Sequence record: DRR378314_1840
Length of the DNA stretch: 46,461 bases
Reading direction: 5' to 3' (one strand)
The position numbers and the translations under genes were made by a program. The notes under the pieces are model-generated. The model searched no databases and was not told where the DNA came from. It worked only from the letters and a program-made list of their open reading frames with translations. Positions 38,182-46,461 of the stretch are shown in pieces (position 1 is the stretch's first letter; each line of letters opens with the position of its first letter).

Positions 38182-38736
38182 ATGAAAAATATCAAACTCG
38201 CGGCCTATACCTTTAACCAGTTTATCGCCCCTTATGACACTGATCCGATCTCAGGGTTTCGCGCGGCAGAACCGGGTATCTTCAAAACAATTGAATGCGC
38301 TGCAGGCTTCCTCGGCCGGTCAGGGTATGAGGGCGATGAAGCGCCCGAAAGCTGGGGGGAGCAGGTTTTTCCTGCCTGCTGGGAAAACGCCAATGGCGAT
38401 GGATGGGCGCCCTCAACCCTGTCCCTCTGGACCACTGCCGAAGCCCTGATGGCAGCAACCTATCACGGATCACACGGCGCCATCCTATCGCACGGCAAGG
38501 CGTGGCATGTTGCGGCCGATCATATCCCTGAATATGTGCTTTGGTGGGTAATCGGCGACACCCGCCCGACCTGGGCTGACGCTGTTTTGCGGTTTGAACA
38601 GTTGATGGCCAACGGCCCGACCCCGCACGCGTTTACCTTCAAGACCCTGTTTACCGCTGAGGGCACAACTATCAAGGCAGACATTCAGGTGATGAAGGAT
38701 TTGGCCAGACAAAACGCCATAGCGACCCGGGCCTGA
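38182..38736 (+). CDS. DUF3291 domain protein
   Basis: TLSLW...EAL....Y...H, YVLWWV, P.W.DA..R and GPTPHAFTF. Confidence 0.8.
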   Translation: MKNIKLAAYTFNQFIAPYDTDPISGFRAAEPGIFKTIECAAGFLGRSGYEGDEAPESWGEQVFPACWENANGDGWAPSTLSLWTTAEALMAATYHGSHGAILSHGKAWHVAADHIPEYVLWWVIGDTRPTWADAVLRFEQLMANGPTPHAFTFKTLFTAEGTTIKADIQVMKDLARQNAIATRA

Positions 38737-38763
38737 ATTCTGCCAAGCCGTCTTTTTGCCACC

Positions 38764-39207
38764 TCAACCTTTGGTATTTCGAACTTTGATATTCTGGCTG
38801 GTAATCTCTTCCTGACACTGCGGGCAGGATAGTGTTGGCGTGATCGCATGGCCGCAGCCAAGATGCTCAACATATTTGGGCGGGGCGCTGTCTTGCAAAT
38901 GCTTATCCCCCCACGCCATCATGGTCAACAGAACGGGGCGCAGCTCCTGCCCTTTTTCCGTCAGCTGATAAAGCGAGCGCCGCCCATGTGCCGGGTCCGG
39001 ATGGCGCGCCAACACGCCGGCCTCAACCAGGCTCTTTAACCGATCCGACAATAACGCCCGTGGCATGCCCAGGCGCGCCTCAAACTGATCAAACCGGGTG
39101 ACACCGCGAAAACATTCTCGTAATATCAACACGGTCCAGCGCTCCCCGATAATCGAAAGGGTTTTGGCAATGGAACAGGGTTCTGCTTTCAACTCGTGCC
39201 ACTTCAT
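38764..39207 (-). CDS. HxlR family winged-helix regulator with C-terminal Cys/His cluster
   Basis: CSIAKTLSIIGERWT, LSDRLKSLV, YQLTEKG, WGD and H..CGH......CPQC; AAGGAGG RBS. Confidence 0.92.
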   Translation of the reverse strand: MKWHELKAEPCSIAKTLSIIGERWTVLILRECFRGVTRFDQFEARLGMPRALLSDRLKSLVEAGVLARHPDPAHGRRSLYQLTEKGQELRPVLLTMMAWGDKHLQDSAPPKYVEHLGCGHAITPTLSCPQCQEEITSQNIKVRNTKG

Positions 39208-39248
39208 GGACGCAGCGTCCTCCTTGAAAAAACTCAAGTGATTATAGA

Positions 39249-39301
39249 TTGACAAGTTCAAAATTTGAACCTAAAACTTTTCTAAGTTCAAAAAATGAAC
39301 T
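39249..39301 (+). promoter_or_regulatory. sigma70 promoter of the MATE gene with two HxlR-type operators
   Basis: TTGACA (39249)-N17-TAAAAC. The spacer is the palindrome AGTTCAAAATTTGAACC; a second copy AGTTCAAAAAATGAACT lies at 39285-39301. Confidence 0.8.
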
Positions 39302-39331
39302 CAACAACAAAAATAACAACAGGATTCCATC

Positions 39332-40747
39332 ATGGCCACGCTGGAAACAGATAGCCCAACCCCTGCCCCCACGGCTCAAACCCTTCGCATGGCTGAAATC
39401 CTGAACGGTGCCATTCTGCCCATGCTGCTGAAACTGGCGGCGCCAACCATGGTAGGGTTTTTACTGCTGGCCGCCGTCGCCATTGCCGAGATGTGGTATG
39501 TGGGTCAACTGGGCACAGACGCGCTGGCCGGATTTTCGGTTATCTTTCCGTTGGTTATGTTGATGAATATGCTCAGTAACGGCTCCATCGGAGGGGTGAT
39601 CGCGGCGACCACGGCCCGTGCCCTTGGCGCCGGAAATATCCGCCTGGCCCACCGGATCGTCTGGCATGCCGTTGCCATTGCCATTATCGGCGCGCTGATC
39701 TTTACCCTGATTTCCAGCTTCTGGGCTCGGGAAATCGCCGCAGCCATTGGTGCTAAAGGCGCAGCGCTTGATCACGCCGAAGCCTACGCCCACACAGCTT
39801 TTGGCGGCATTATTTCCCTCTGGTTCTTCAATATTTTCTGCAGCCTGCTGCGCGGCACGGGGGACATGAAAACACCGGCGATTGCCATGATTGTCACGGC
39901 GATGCTGCAGATCACCTTAAGTGGCGCGCTGACCCTTGGCTGGTTTGGCCTGCCCGCGCTGGGTGTTGCCGGTGTTGGTCTTGGCCTGGTCATTGCCATG
40001 ATTGCCGGTACGTTGATAACCGGTCTGAAACTGTTGGGCGGGACCACTGGCTTGAGCTTTTCAAAAGCGGACATGACGCTGGATACAGATCTAATCGGAA
40101 ACCTGTTCCGGATCGGCGGCATGGCGGCAATTAATCCGTTCCTGACAGTTTCCACGGCGGTCCTGCTGACCGCTTTGATCAGCCGGTTTGGCAATGCCGC
40201 CATCGCCGGGTTTGGTATCGGGGCACGGCTGGAATTTATTATGATCCCTGTTATTTTTGGCATCGGCGCGGCGATGATTTCCATGGTCGGCAGCAATATT
40301 GGCGCTGGCCAGGTTCGCCGGGCCGAACGCATTGGCTGGATCGGCGCCAGCCTTGCCGCGATCGCATGCGCAACGTTGGGGATATGCGTCTTCCTGTTTC
40401 CCCAAAGCTGGGCTGCCCTTTATACAAACAGCCCATCCGTGCTGGAAAGTGCCAGCATTTATCTGGCCTCCGTCGGACCCGCATATTTTTTCTTTGGCCT
40501 CGGTCTGTCCTTATATTTCGCGTCACAAGGGGCCCATGCGGTGATTTGGCCGGTATTCGCAGGCGTTGGCCGTTTGGTCATTGCGGTCGGGCTCGGCGGT
40601 TATTTCGTCGATAACCACGGCATCGGTTTTGCTGAGCTGGTCTATTTTGTCACTGCATCACTCTGCTTTTTTGGGTGCGTTCCGGCGCTGGCACTGGCGC
40701 TCGGCGCGTGGCGTCACGCCAACCGTCATCTGTCACCCCAATCCTGA
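39332..40747 (+). CDS. MATE family efflux transporter
   Basis: LKLAAP, VGQLGTDALAG, LRGTGDMKTP, GFGIGARLEF and VGSNIGAG; 12 TM helices. Confidence 0.93.
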   Translation: MATLETDSPTPAPTAQTLRMAEILNGAILPMLLKLAAPTMVGFLLLAAVAIAEMWYVGQLGTDALAGFSVIFPLVMLMNMLSNGSIGGVIAATTARALGAGNIRLAHRIVWHAVAIAIIGALIFTLISSFWAREIAAAIGAKGAALDHAEAYAHTAFGGIISLWFFNIFCSLLRGTGDMKTPAIAMIVTAMLQITLSGALTLGWFGLPALGVAGVGLGLVIAMIAGTLITGLKLLGGTTGLSFSKADMTLDTDLIGNLFRIGGMAAINPFLTVSTAVLLTALISRFGNAAIAGFGIGARLEFIMIPVIFGIGAAMISMVGSNIGAGQVRRAERIGWIGASLAAIACATLGICVFLFPQSWAALYTNSPSVLESASIYLASVGPAYFFFGLGLSLYFASQGAHAVIWPVFAGVGRLVIAVGLGGYFVDNHGIGFAELVYFVTASLCFFGCVPALALALGAWRHANRHLSPQS

Positions 40748-40824
40748 CCGCGCAAGTCCATTGGCAAATCTGAAGTCGCCCGCGCCGCCACCGCTTCGCC
40801 GGGCGCCTTTTTCAATCCGCGTGT

Positions 40825-42369
40825 CTATCCATGGTCGATCGGATTGATCACCTTTGTTGCCGGCAGTTTGATATCCTCCTCCAGATACCAGTTGGCCCAG
40901 ATCCGACCCTGCCGATCCGGCTCCAGGCTCAGGAAATTCCGGCTGAGGACAAATTTCTTTCGCCGGTCGGGAAAATTCTGCATGGTGGCCACAATCCCCT
41001 GATCCACCGTTTCCGGTTCCGCGGACAGATTTTCCAGCATGAAAGACATCAGTCGGGGCGGTGATGGATGCACAATCCCCGAAGAGGTCAATTGATTGAT
41101 CACCTGCTCACGCGATCCAAAACGCCCACTGCGACTGGTTTCAAGGGTCCCCAGCGCCGCCACATGCACATCCCCCGACAGGATCGTCGCCCGGATCTTC
41201 TTGTCACTCATCAGGCTGAACAGCCGATGGATCATCCGCGACCGCTCTGACCGGTGGGGTCTGCTTTGCCAATGATCGCGCAGGTCATCTTCCAGCTCCT
41301 GCTCCCCCGGCAGGAAATTATAAAACCCTTCAATGCTGCCAAAATCCGCATGAACAACTGGCACGGGGGAAATGACCAATAAATGCTCTGGCCCGCCGAC
41401 ACCGCTGGCTGGCAGATCATCGGCCCAGTCCCAGACCGCGTTCCAGCTTTCCAGGCTCATCACCTGATCCTGACTACGCTCCGATCGGGTATCCAGGGCC
41501 AGAATGGCCAATCGCCCAGCCTGAATCCCCAGATTAAAATGCCCCTGTCCGTCAATAACCGACGGTCGCTTTTCGCTCCCATCGGCTTTGATCTGCTGCT
41601 GAAAAACGGCAAAATGCTTTCTCGCCTCGGCAAAAATCCCCTGATAAACTGGGCAGTTCTGATCCTCATCCGCATAGGATCCCCAGCCGTCAAAAATATC
41701 GTGATCATCCCACATCATGATCGTCGGCACCCGCGACAGCATATCCGCCGTTTCCGGGTTGGACGGGACTTCCTCCCCCTCGCTATTGATCAGGGTCGCC
41801 GCCCAGCGGGCCTTATAAAGATTGAAATAAAAATCGCTGACTTCAGCCTGCATTGCCGGAAAAAACGGGCTTTCCCGGCGATCGCTTCGCCACTTGTTGC
41901 GCCATTTCTCCAACTCGGTTCCGAGCCAGATGGGATCGGCATAGACCTGATCGCCGCCCATCAACAATAAATGATAGGGGCGCCTATCATGCAGGGTTTG
42001 CAAATGGCTCCACATAGCATTTTTGTCATCAACCGATTTCATCTCTTTGGGATCGGAAAACCCGTTGCAGGATACAAAGGCGCTATTGGGATTTTCCGTC
42101 GTCCCCGGCACCCAGAAAGACCAGCTGTTCACCTCAAAGCCATAGGCGACTTCCATCCCCTCCAGACCCTGCTCAACATCCAGATCATAGCGCAGCACCA
42201 CATCATTTTTGTGGGTCATCAATTCAACCGGTCCGCTGACCAGCGCCGGATCTGTCGCCGTTAATTTTGCCGCCCGGTGATCTTTTGTGGTCACCACCAG
42301 CACCGATACGCGCCAAATCCCGTCAACCGCTTCGCGAAATCCCAATACAGGACCCATGGCAGGTGTCAT
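40825..42369 (-). CDS. PhoD-like metallophosphatase without export signal
   Basis: SCNG, GGDQVYAD, MMWDDHDIFDGWGS, LDTRSER and LSGDVH; GGAGGG RBS before ATG 42369 (alternative start 42393). Confidence 0.88.
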   Translation of the reverse strand: MTPAMGPVLGFREAVDGIWRVSVLVVTTKDHRAAKLTATDPALVSGPVELMTHKNDVVLRYDLDVEQGLEGMEVAYGFEVNSWSFWVPGTTENPNSAFVSCNGFSDPKEMKSVDDKNAMWSHLQTLHDRRPYHLLLMGGDQVYADPIWLGTELEKWRNKWRSDRRESPFFPAMQAEVSDFYFNLYKARWAATLINSEGEEVPSNPETADMLSRVPTIMMWDDHDIFDGWGSYADEDQNCPVYQGIFAEARKHFAVFQQQIKADGSEKRPSVIDGQGHFNLGIQAGRLAILALDTRSERSQDQVMSLESWNAVWDWADDLPASGVGGPEHLLVISPVPVVHADFGSIEGFYNFLPGEQELEDDLRDHWQSRPHRSERSRMIHRLFSLMSDKKIRATILSGDVHVAALGTLETSRSGRFGSREQVINQLTSSGIVHPSPPRLMSFMLENLSAEPETVDQGIVATMQNFPDRRKKFVLSRNFLSLEPDRQGRIWANWYLEEDIKLPATKVINPIDHG

Positions 42370-42578
42370 GTCACCCTCCCTCTCTTGCTTCATCTTATGC
42401 CTGAAAACACACTACCCGATACCCGCGCAAAGCCTACCCCAGACCCGCCAGCAAGCCAATGGATTTATGGAATTTCTAATATAATCCGGATCACCCGATG
42501 GTTGTTCGTTAAAAATTCACCCCCTGCCCCATTTCTGCCGCTGATCACCGCGATACTGCCCCCTAGGAAGGAGGCCCA

Positions 42579-43481
42579 ATGCCCCGACAGATGAAATCCC
42601 TTGTCTTGATTATCAGCCTTGTTCTGGTGCCGATGATCGCCCAGGCAACGGCCGATGGTCCCGATCAATATCAGGTTCGGTCCGATGATCCCCTGCCGGT
42701 TTATCAAGCGCCAGACAGTACATCCGTGCAGCTCACCCTCCTCCCGGGGCGGAGCTTTGGATTGAAAAACCTGGGCTGTCAGGGTCAGCTTTCCTATGGG
42801 GACTGGGTCAAGCTGTCCGCCGCCCAAAAACAGGCTGCCCGCGATCAGGTTTGGTGCCAGGTCCAAACCTCAGACGGCAGCGGATGGGTCCGCGCGCGAT
42901 ATCTTGCTGAATATAACCCACCGCCAGCCCCGTCCTTTGACTGTGCTCAGGGCACTGCAAAGGTGGAAGCTGAAATCTGTACCAACCCGACCCTTCGCCA
43001 GATGGATCTGCTGCTGCAGGAGGTTTATTTAAAGTCCCTCTACCGGGCGACGTCACTGGACGCTGGCGCAGCCCAGGCAGCGGCCGATCTTCGGGCCCAT
43101 CAACGGGGCTGGATCAAAGGCCGGAATGACTGCTGGAAAGCAGGACCCGATGACCTTACAAGCTGCATTGCGGATCAATATAGTCGCCGAACCGCCTGGC
43201 TGCAGGCTCGTTGGACCCTGATCCCACCGCGCAAAAGCGTTGAATTTCGCTGCGCCGATAATGCGGCGACTTTCACCGTCAGTTTTTATCCCACCCTGTA
43301 TCAGGCAAGCGCCGCCGTGGACGTTGGGGACCAGCGCCGAATTTATGTGCAGGGTCCGTCTGCCAGCGGCGCCAAATATAACGGCGAATATGGCAGTTTC
43401 ATCTGGTTCAAGGGGCGCGAGGCCCTCTATCGTCAGGATCAGAACCGGACCGATTGGACCTGCCGTGAGGTGCCGCAATAA
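42579..43481 (+). CDS. secreted SH3-like + LprI (DUF1311) + MliC lysozyme-inhibitor fusion
   Basis: Signal peptide; WCQV...GWVRARYL (SH3); PSFDC..AEIC and QRGWIKGRNDCWKA (LprI); SASGAKY...WFKGREA (MliC). Confidence 0.85.
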   Translation: MPRQMKSLVLIISLVLVPMIAQATADGPDQYQVRSDDPLPVYQAPDSTSVQLTLLPGRSFGLKNLGCQGQLSYGDWVKLSAAQKQAARDQVWCQVQTSDGSGWVRARYLAEYNPPPAPSFDCAQGTAKVEAEICTNPTLRQMDLLLQEVYLKSLYRATSLDAGAAQAAADLRAHQRGWIKGRNDCWKAGPDDLTSCIADQYSRRTAWLQARWTLIPPRKSVEFRCADNAATFTVSFYPTLYQASAAVDVGDQRRIYVQGPSASGAKYNGEYGSFIWFKGREALYRQDQNRTDWTCREVPQ

Positions 43482-43596
43482 CGTTTGCCTCAACCGGATA
43501 TCGCGGAAAGCTGAAAATTCCTGTTTACGCCACTGAAACAACCGGTTTACCTTGGGTCCATAAGGGAATTTTACAGGCGCTAAAATAGGTGAGGAT

Positions 43597-44850
43597 ATGA
43601 GCAAACTCGACTGGCATGCAGATCAGTGCGGGCACCCGGATTTGGCGCTTCTGGATCTGGCACCGGAAAGCGATGACATTGACCTGAAAGCGGTGCGTCT
43701 TTATCGCCAGGCCCGGTTGCGCCAGGAAATGAAAAGCCGCGACATCGGGGCGGTAATCCTCTCTGATCCTGTGAACATTCGCTATGCCACCGGCACCCGG
43801 AATATGCAGGTCTTCTCCATGCGAAATGCGCCCGCCCGCTACCTGCTGCTGACCGCTGATAAATCCATCCTGTTTGAATTTACCGGTTGCCTGCATCTGG
43901 CTGACGGCTACGAAACCGTGGATGAGGTGCGCCCCTCCAGCACGGCAAGCTTTGTCGCCGCCGGTGCAGATATTGCGGCGCGGGAAAAGGCCTGGGCCGC
44001 CGATATGGGGGATTTGATCGCGGCCCTGATTGGAAAGGGTGCACGCGTCGGGTTGGAGCGGCTCAATGCGGGCAGTGCCATTGCCCTTGCCGCCGAAGGC
44101 TTTGACATCGTCGATGCCCAAGCCCCGGTGGAGATGGCCCGCGCCATTAAATCCGAGGAAGAGATTAAATGCGTGATCGCCTCCCTTCGCGCGACAGAGG
44201 CGGCGGTCGCCGATATGCGCGCCGCCATTCGTCCCGGCCTCACGGAAAATGAACTCTGGTCTGTGCTGCACCAATCGGTCATTGCCCGAAATGGCGACTA
44301 TTGCGAAACCCGCCTGCTCAACGCCGGGCCCCGGTCCAACCCCTGGTTTCAGGAAAGCTCTTCGCATGTGATCGAGGAAAACTGCCTGATCCTGCTGGAT
44401 ACGGATGTGGTTGGCTGTCATGGCTATTATTCGGATTTTTCCCGCACCTTTCATGCGGGTCCGGGCAAACCAACCGACGGGCAGCGCACCCTCTATCAAA
44501 CCGCGCTGGAACAGCTCCACCACAATATGGATATCCTCAAACCCGGCCTTACCTTTCGCGACTATTCAAACAAGGCCTGGAACATCCCTGAAATATATGA
44601 GCCGAACCGCTATTACCTATCGGCGCATGGCTGCGGCATGACCGGTGAATATCCCTATCTCTATCACCACAGGGATTTTGAGGTCGCCGGATATGACGGG
44701 GTAGTTGAGCCGGGCATGACCCTCTGCGTGGAAAGCTATATCGGTGCCACCGGCGGTGTTGAGGGCGTCAAGCTCGAACAGCAACTGCTCATCACCGAAA
44801 CCGGCACCGAGCTTCTCAGCCTCTTCCCGTTTGAAGCAGACTTGATGTAA
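43597..44850 (+). CDS. M24 (Xaa-Pro peptidase fold) enzyme, DddP DMSP-lyase-like
   Basis: DPVNIRYAT..RNMQ, ETRLL.AGPRSNPWFQE, DTDVVGCHGYYSDFSRT, HGCGM..EYP, CVESYIG and VKLEQQ metal-ligand motifs. Confidence 0.8.
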   Translation: MSKLDWHADQCGHPDLALLDLAPESDDIDLKAVRLYRQARLRQEMKSRDIGAVILSDPVNIRYATGTRNMQVFSMRNAPARYLLLTADKSILFEFTGCLHLADGYETVDEVRPSSTASFVAAGADIAAREKAWAADMGDLIAALIGKGARVGLERLNAGSAIALAAEGFDIVDAQAPVEMARAIKSEEEIKCVIASLRATEAAVADMRAAIRPGLTENELWSVLHQSVIARNGDYCETRLLNAGPRSNPWFQESSSHVIEENCLILLDTDVVGCHGYYSDFSRTFHAGPGKPTDGQRTLYQTALEQLHHNMDILKPGLTFRDYSNKAWNIPEIYEPNRYYLSAHGCGMTGEYPYLYHHRDFEVAGYDGVVEPGMTLCVESYIGATGGVEGVKLEQQLLITETGTELLSLFPFEADLM

Positions 44851-44862
44851 ATCTCCCAATCC

Positions 44863-45579
44863 TCACCACATGGTCCGAAGGCTGTCTTTCTCCTCGCGGA
44901 TTTCGGATCCGACCAGCCGGTCCCATAGCTCGATGCCGGCATATTGTTCCACCTTGCGTGTCGGCACCTGATAGTAGGAGAACGGCTGCTCCAGATCTGC
45001 GTTGGGCAGAATGAAGGACCACATGTGCAGATTGCCGCGTTTATCTTCGGTCAGGATGGATTTGAAATAGGCGTTGGGGATGGGCAAGGTCACCCCGTTT
45101 TCATCCAGGGTCCCGATGGAATTGACCGGCTGATCAAAATAAAAAATCGGGCCGCAAATGACATAGGTTTCCAGAATATGCGCCAAACTGTCCAGTCGCC
45201 GGACTTCTGTCTCCAGCGCCCGCCAATGCTGACGGTTAAACTGCGGCTGTTGCGGCGACATATTGGACAGCAAAAAGGTCTCGCTATTCTGGATTTCCGT
45301 CTCCCGCTGGTTGGCACTTGCGACCAGATGACCCCGGTCAAAGCCTGAATGCACATAATCGGCTTTATCTGCTCGAAACTGCTGGGGAATGCGGTAATCG
45401 GGGCGAAAATTATCTGCCCGCTGCAACCCGTCAAAGTCCGGATCGACAATTTCCAACGCCCATTTGGCCTGCCGAAAATAATAGGAATAGCCCAGCACAT
45501 AATGCCGGTTAAACAGGATCTGATCCGCCGCTGGCCGGCCATAACGGGTTTCCCGCCGAAGACTGGGTTCGTTATTCAT
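44863..45579 (-). CDS. DNA/RNA non-specific endonuclease (NucA/EndoG beta-beta-alpha-metal family)
   Basis: SGFDRGHL, ETFLLSNMSPQ..QFNRQHWRALE and IPNAYFK; AAGGGG RBS before ATG 45579. Confidence 0.92.
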   Translation of the reverse strand: MNNEPSLRRETRYGRPAADQILFNRHYVLGYSYYFRQAKWALEIVDPDFDGLQRADNFRPDYRIPQQFRADKADYVHSGFDRGHLVASANQRETEIQNSETFLLSNMSPQQPQFNRQHWRALETEVRRLDSLAHILETYVICGPIFYFDQPVNSIGTLDENGVTLPIPNAYFKSILTEDKRGNLHMWSFILPNADLEQPFSYYQVPTRKVEQYAGIELWDRLVGSEIREEKDSLRTMW

Positions 45580-45677
45580 GATGCTTCCCCTTATCCGCAA
45601 GTCCAATAACTTTTGAGGATATAATATTAGGGAAAACACAACTTCTGTGAAGTTAAAAAGACAAATGTATCTCTGCG

Positions 45678-46247
45678 CTATCGGCTGCGGACCCGCCCCA
45701 CCAGATCGATATGCCCATCATCCGATCGTTTCAGGATAAAAATTTCACCGGAAGCCGGAAAAACACCGGTAAGCGATGTCATCACCACCTGATGGGTGAC
45801 CAGCACCAGCGGTTTATGGGGGCGCTGTTTTTGGAAGCGCTGTTTTTGCAACCAGTCGCTGAGCGCTGCCATCTGGCCGCCTTCCCTTGCCGGTTGGGCG
45901 AAAAAAGAATTCAGCACGGGCAGCTCCCGCACATCACCCAACTCCATTTCCCATGCCGTATCCAGGCAGCGGCACCACTGACTACTATAAACTTCCGCGG
46001 CGGGCAGCCCGGCATTTCGAAACAGGTTGCCAATGGTCTGGGCCTGGGCCCGTCCCTCCACATTCAGGTTTCGCTGGGTCCGGCAGTCATCCAGCCGAAA
46101 ATTGTCAGGATCTCCCGTTCCCGGCGCATAGGCATGTCGGAGCATTGCAAAATGACCCGGTTTTGAAATTAAAGCCAGATCATCAGCAAAAGAGGCCGCA
46201 GCCGGGAACAGAAGCAAGGCCACAACCAGTAGAATAACTCCGCGCAT
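45678..46247 (-). CDS. exported histidine phosphatase family protein
   Basis: Signal peptide; LRHA, QRNL...GR.QA, SSQWCRCLDTA and LVTHQ; GGAGG RBS. Confidence 0.9.
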   Translation of the reverse strand: MRGVILLVVALLLFPAAASFADDLALISKPGHFAMLRHAYAPGTGDPDNFRLDDCRTQRNLNVEGRAQAQTIGNLFRNAGLPAAEVYSSQWCRCLDTAWEMELGDVRELPVLNSFFAQPAREGGQMAALSDWLQKQRFQKQRPHKPLVLVTHQVVMTSLTGVFPASGEIFILKRSDDGHIDLVGRVRSR

Positions 46248-46395
46248 GATTGGACCTCCTCATAGCTGATGATAAAACTTACGATCCCTTTGCCCAACTG
46301 GATCAGAAATTGCGAAAATCAAGAGGGCTGAAAAATCCAAAACTTGCGGTTTTGAGCCCATAAATAATACTTATTCGACTTTTCTCATGAAAAAA

Positions 46396-46424
46396 CTTGA
46401 AGTTCTATGGGGGTGTTCCCACAT
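46396..46424 (+). promoter_or_regulatory. putative RpoH (sigma32) promoter for a gene beyond the right edge
   Basis: CTTGAA-N16-CCCACAT resembles the alphaproteobacterial RpoH consensus CTTGAA-N15/16-CCTATAT. Confidence 0.5.
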
Positions 46425-46461
46425 GTGCAATCTTGCGTAAGATGGGGGCGGCAGTCTCCGG

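Noticed and set aside
43525-44523. 332-aa minus-strand ORF
   Set aside because: Lies almost entirely antisense to the well-supported M24/DddP-like gene and has no motifs; a typical shadow ORF.
1-44850. BCCT transporter and DddP-like gene as a DMSP uptake/cleavage cluster
   Set aside because: They are more than 42 kb apart with unrelated genes between, and the BCCT substrate cannot be read from the sequence.
40825-46247. PhoD + nuclease + histidine phosphatase as an extracellular DNA-phosphate scavenging operon
   Set aside because: The genes are interrupted by opposite-strand genes, the PhoD-like enzyme and nuclease lack export signals, and I saw no Pho boxes.
1-46461. CRISPR arrays, tRNA/rRNA genes, IS elements, integrases, prophage
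   Set aside because: None recognised by eye or in the ORF track; a covariance-model scan would be needed to exclude small RNAs.

Overview
Ordinary-looking accessory chromosomal region of an alphaproteobacterium (probably marine; inferred from gene content only). It holds about 44 genes and I found no rRNA, tRNA, CRISPR, transposase or phage genes. Left to right: a truncated BCCT transporter; thiolase plus TAXI-TRAP transporter; two tandem paralogous hypothetical genes duplicated with their promoter; a Ugp-like ABC transporter followed by phoX with Pho-box-like repeats; and a series of divergent regulator/target cassettes with visible operators (TetR/VOC, LysR/AzoR, PecS/PecM, TetR/GST-DJ-1, HxlR/MATE). 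Also present are a RimB-RimK fusion, a pentapeptide-repeat protein, a wHTH-hydrolase regulator facing a microprotein and a large secreted unknown protein, a PhoD-like enzyme and a NucA-like nuclease that both lack export signals, an SH3-LprI-MliC fusion, and a DddP-like M24 enzyme. The best candidate for an undescribed system is at 31067-35150: an output-less CHASE2 membrane sensor divergent from a small secreted protein with a C-terminal Cys-loop and an M48/TPR lipoprotein protease. All calls come from motif recognition by eye; no database searches were run.
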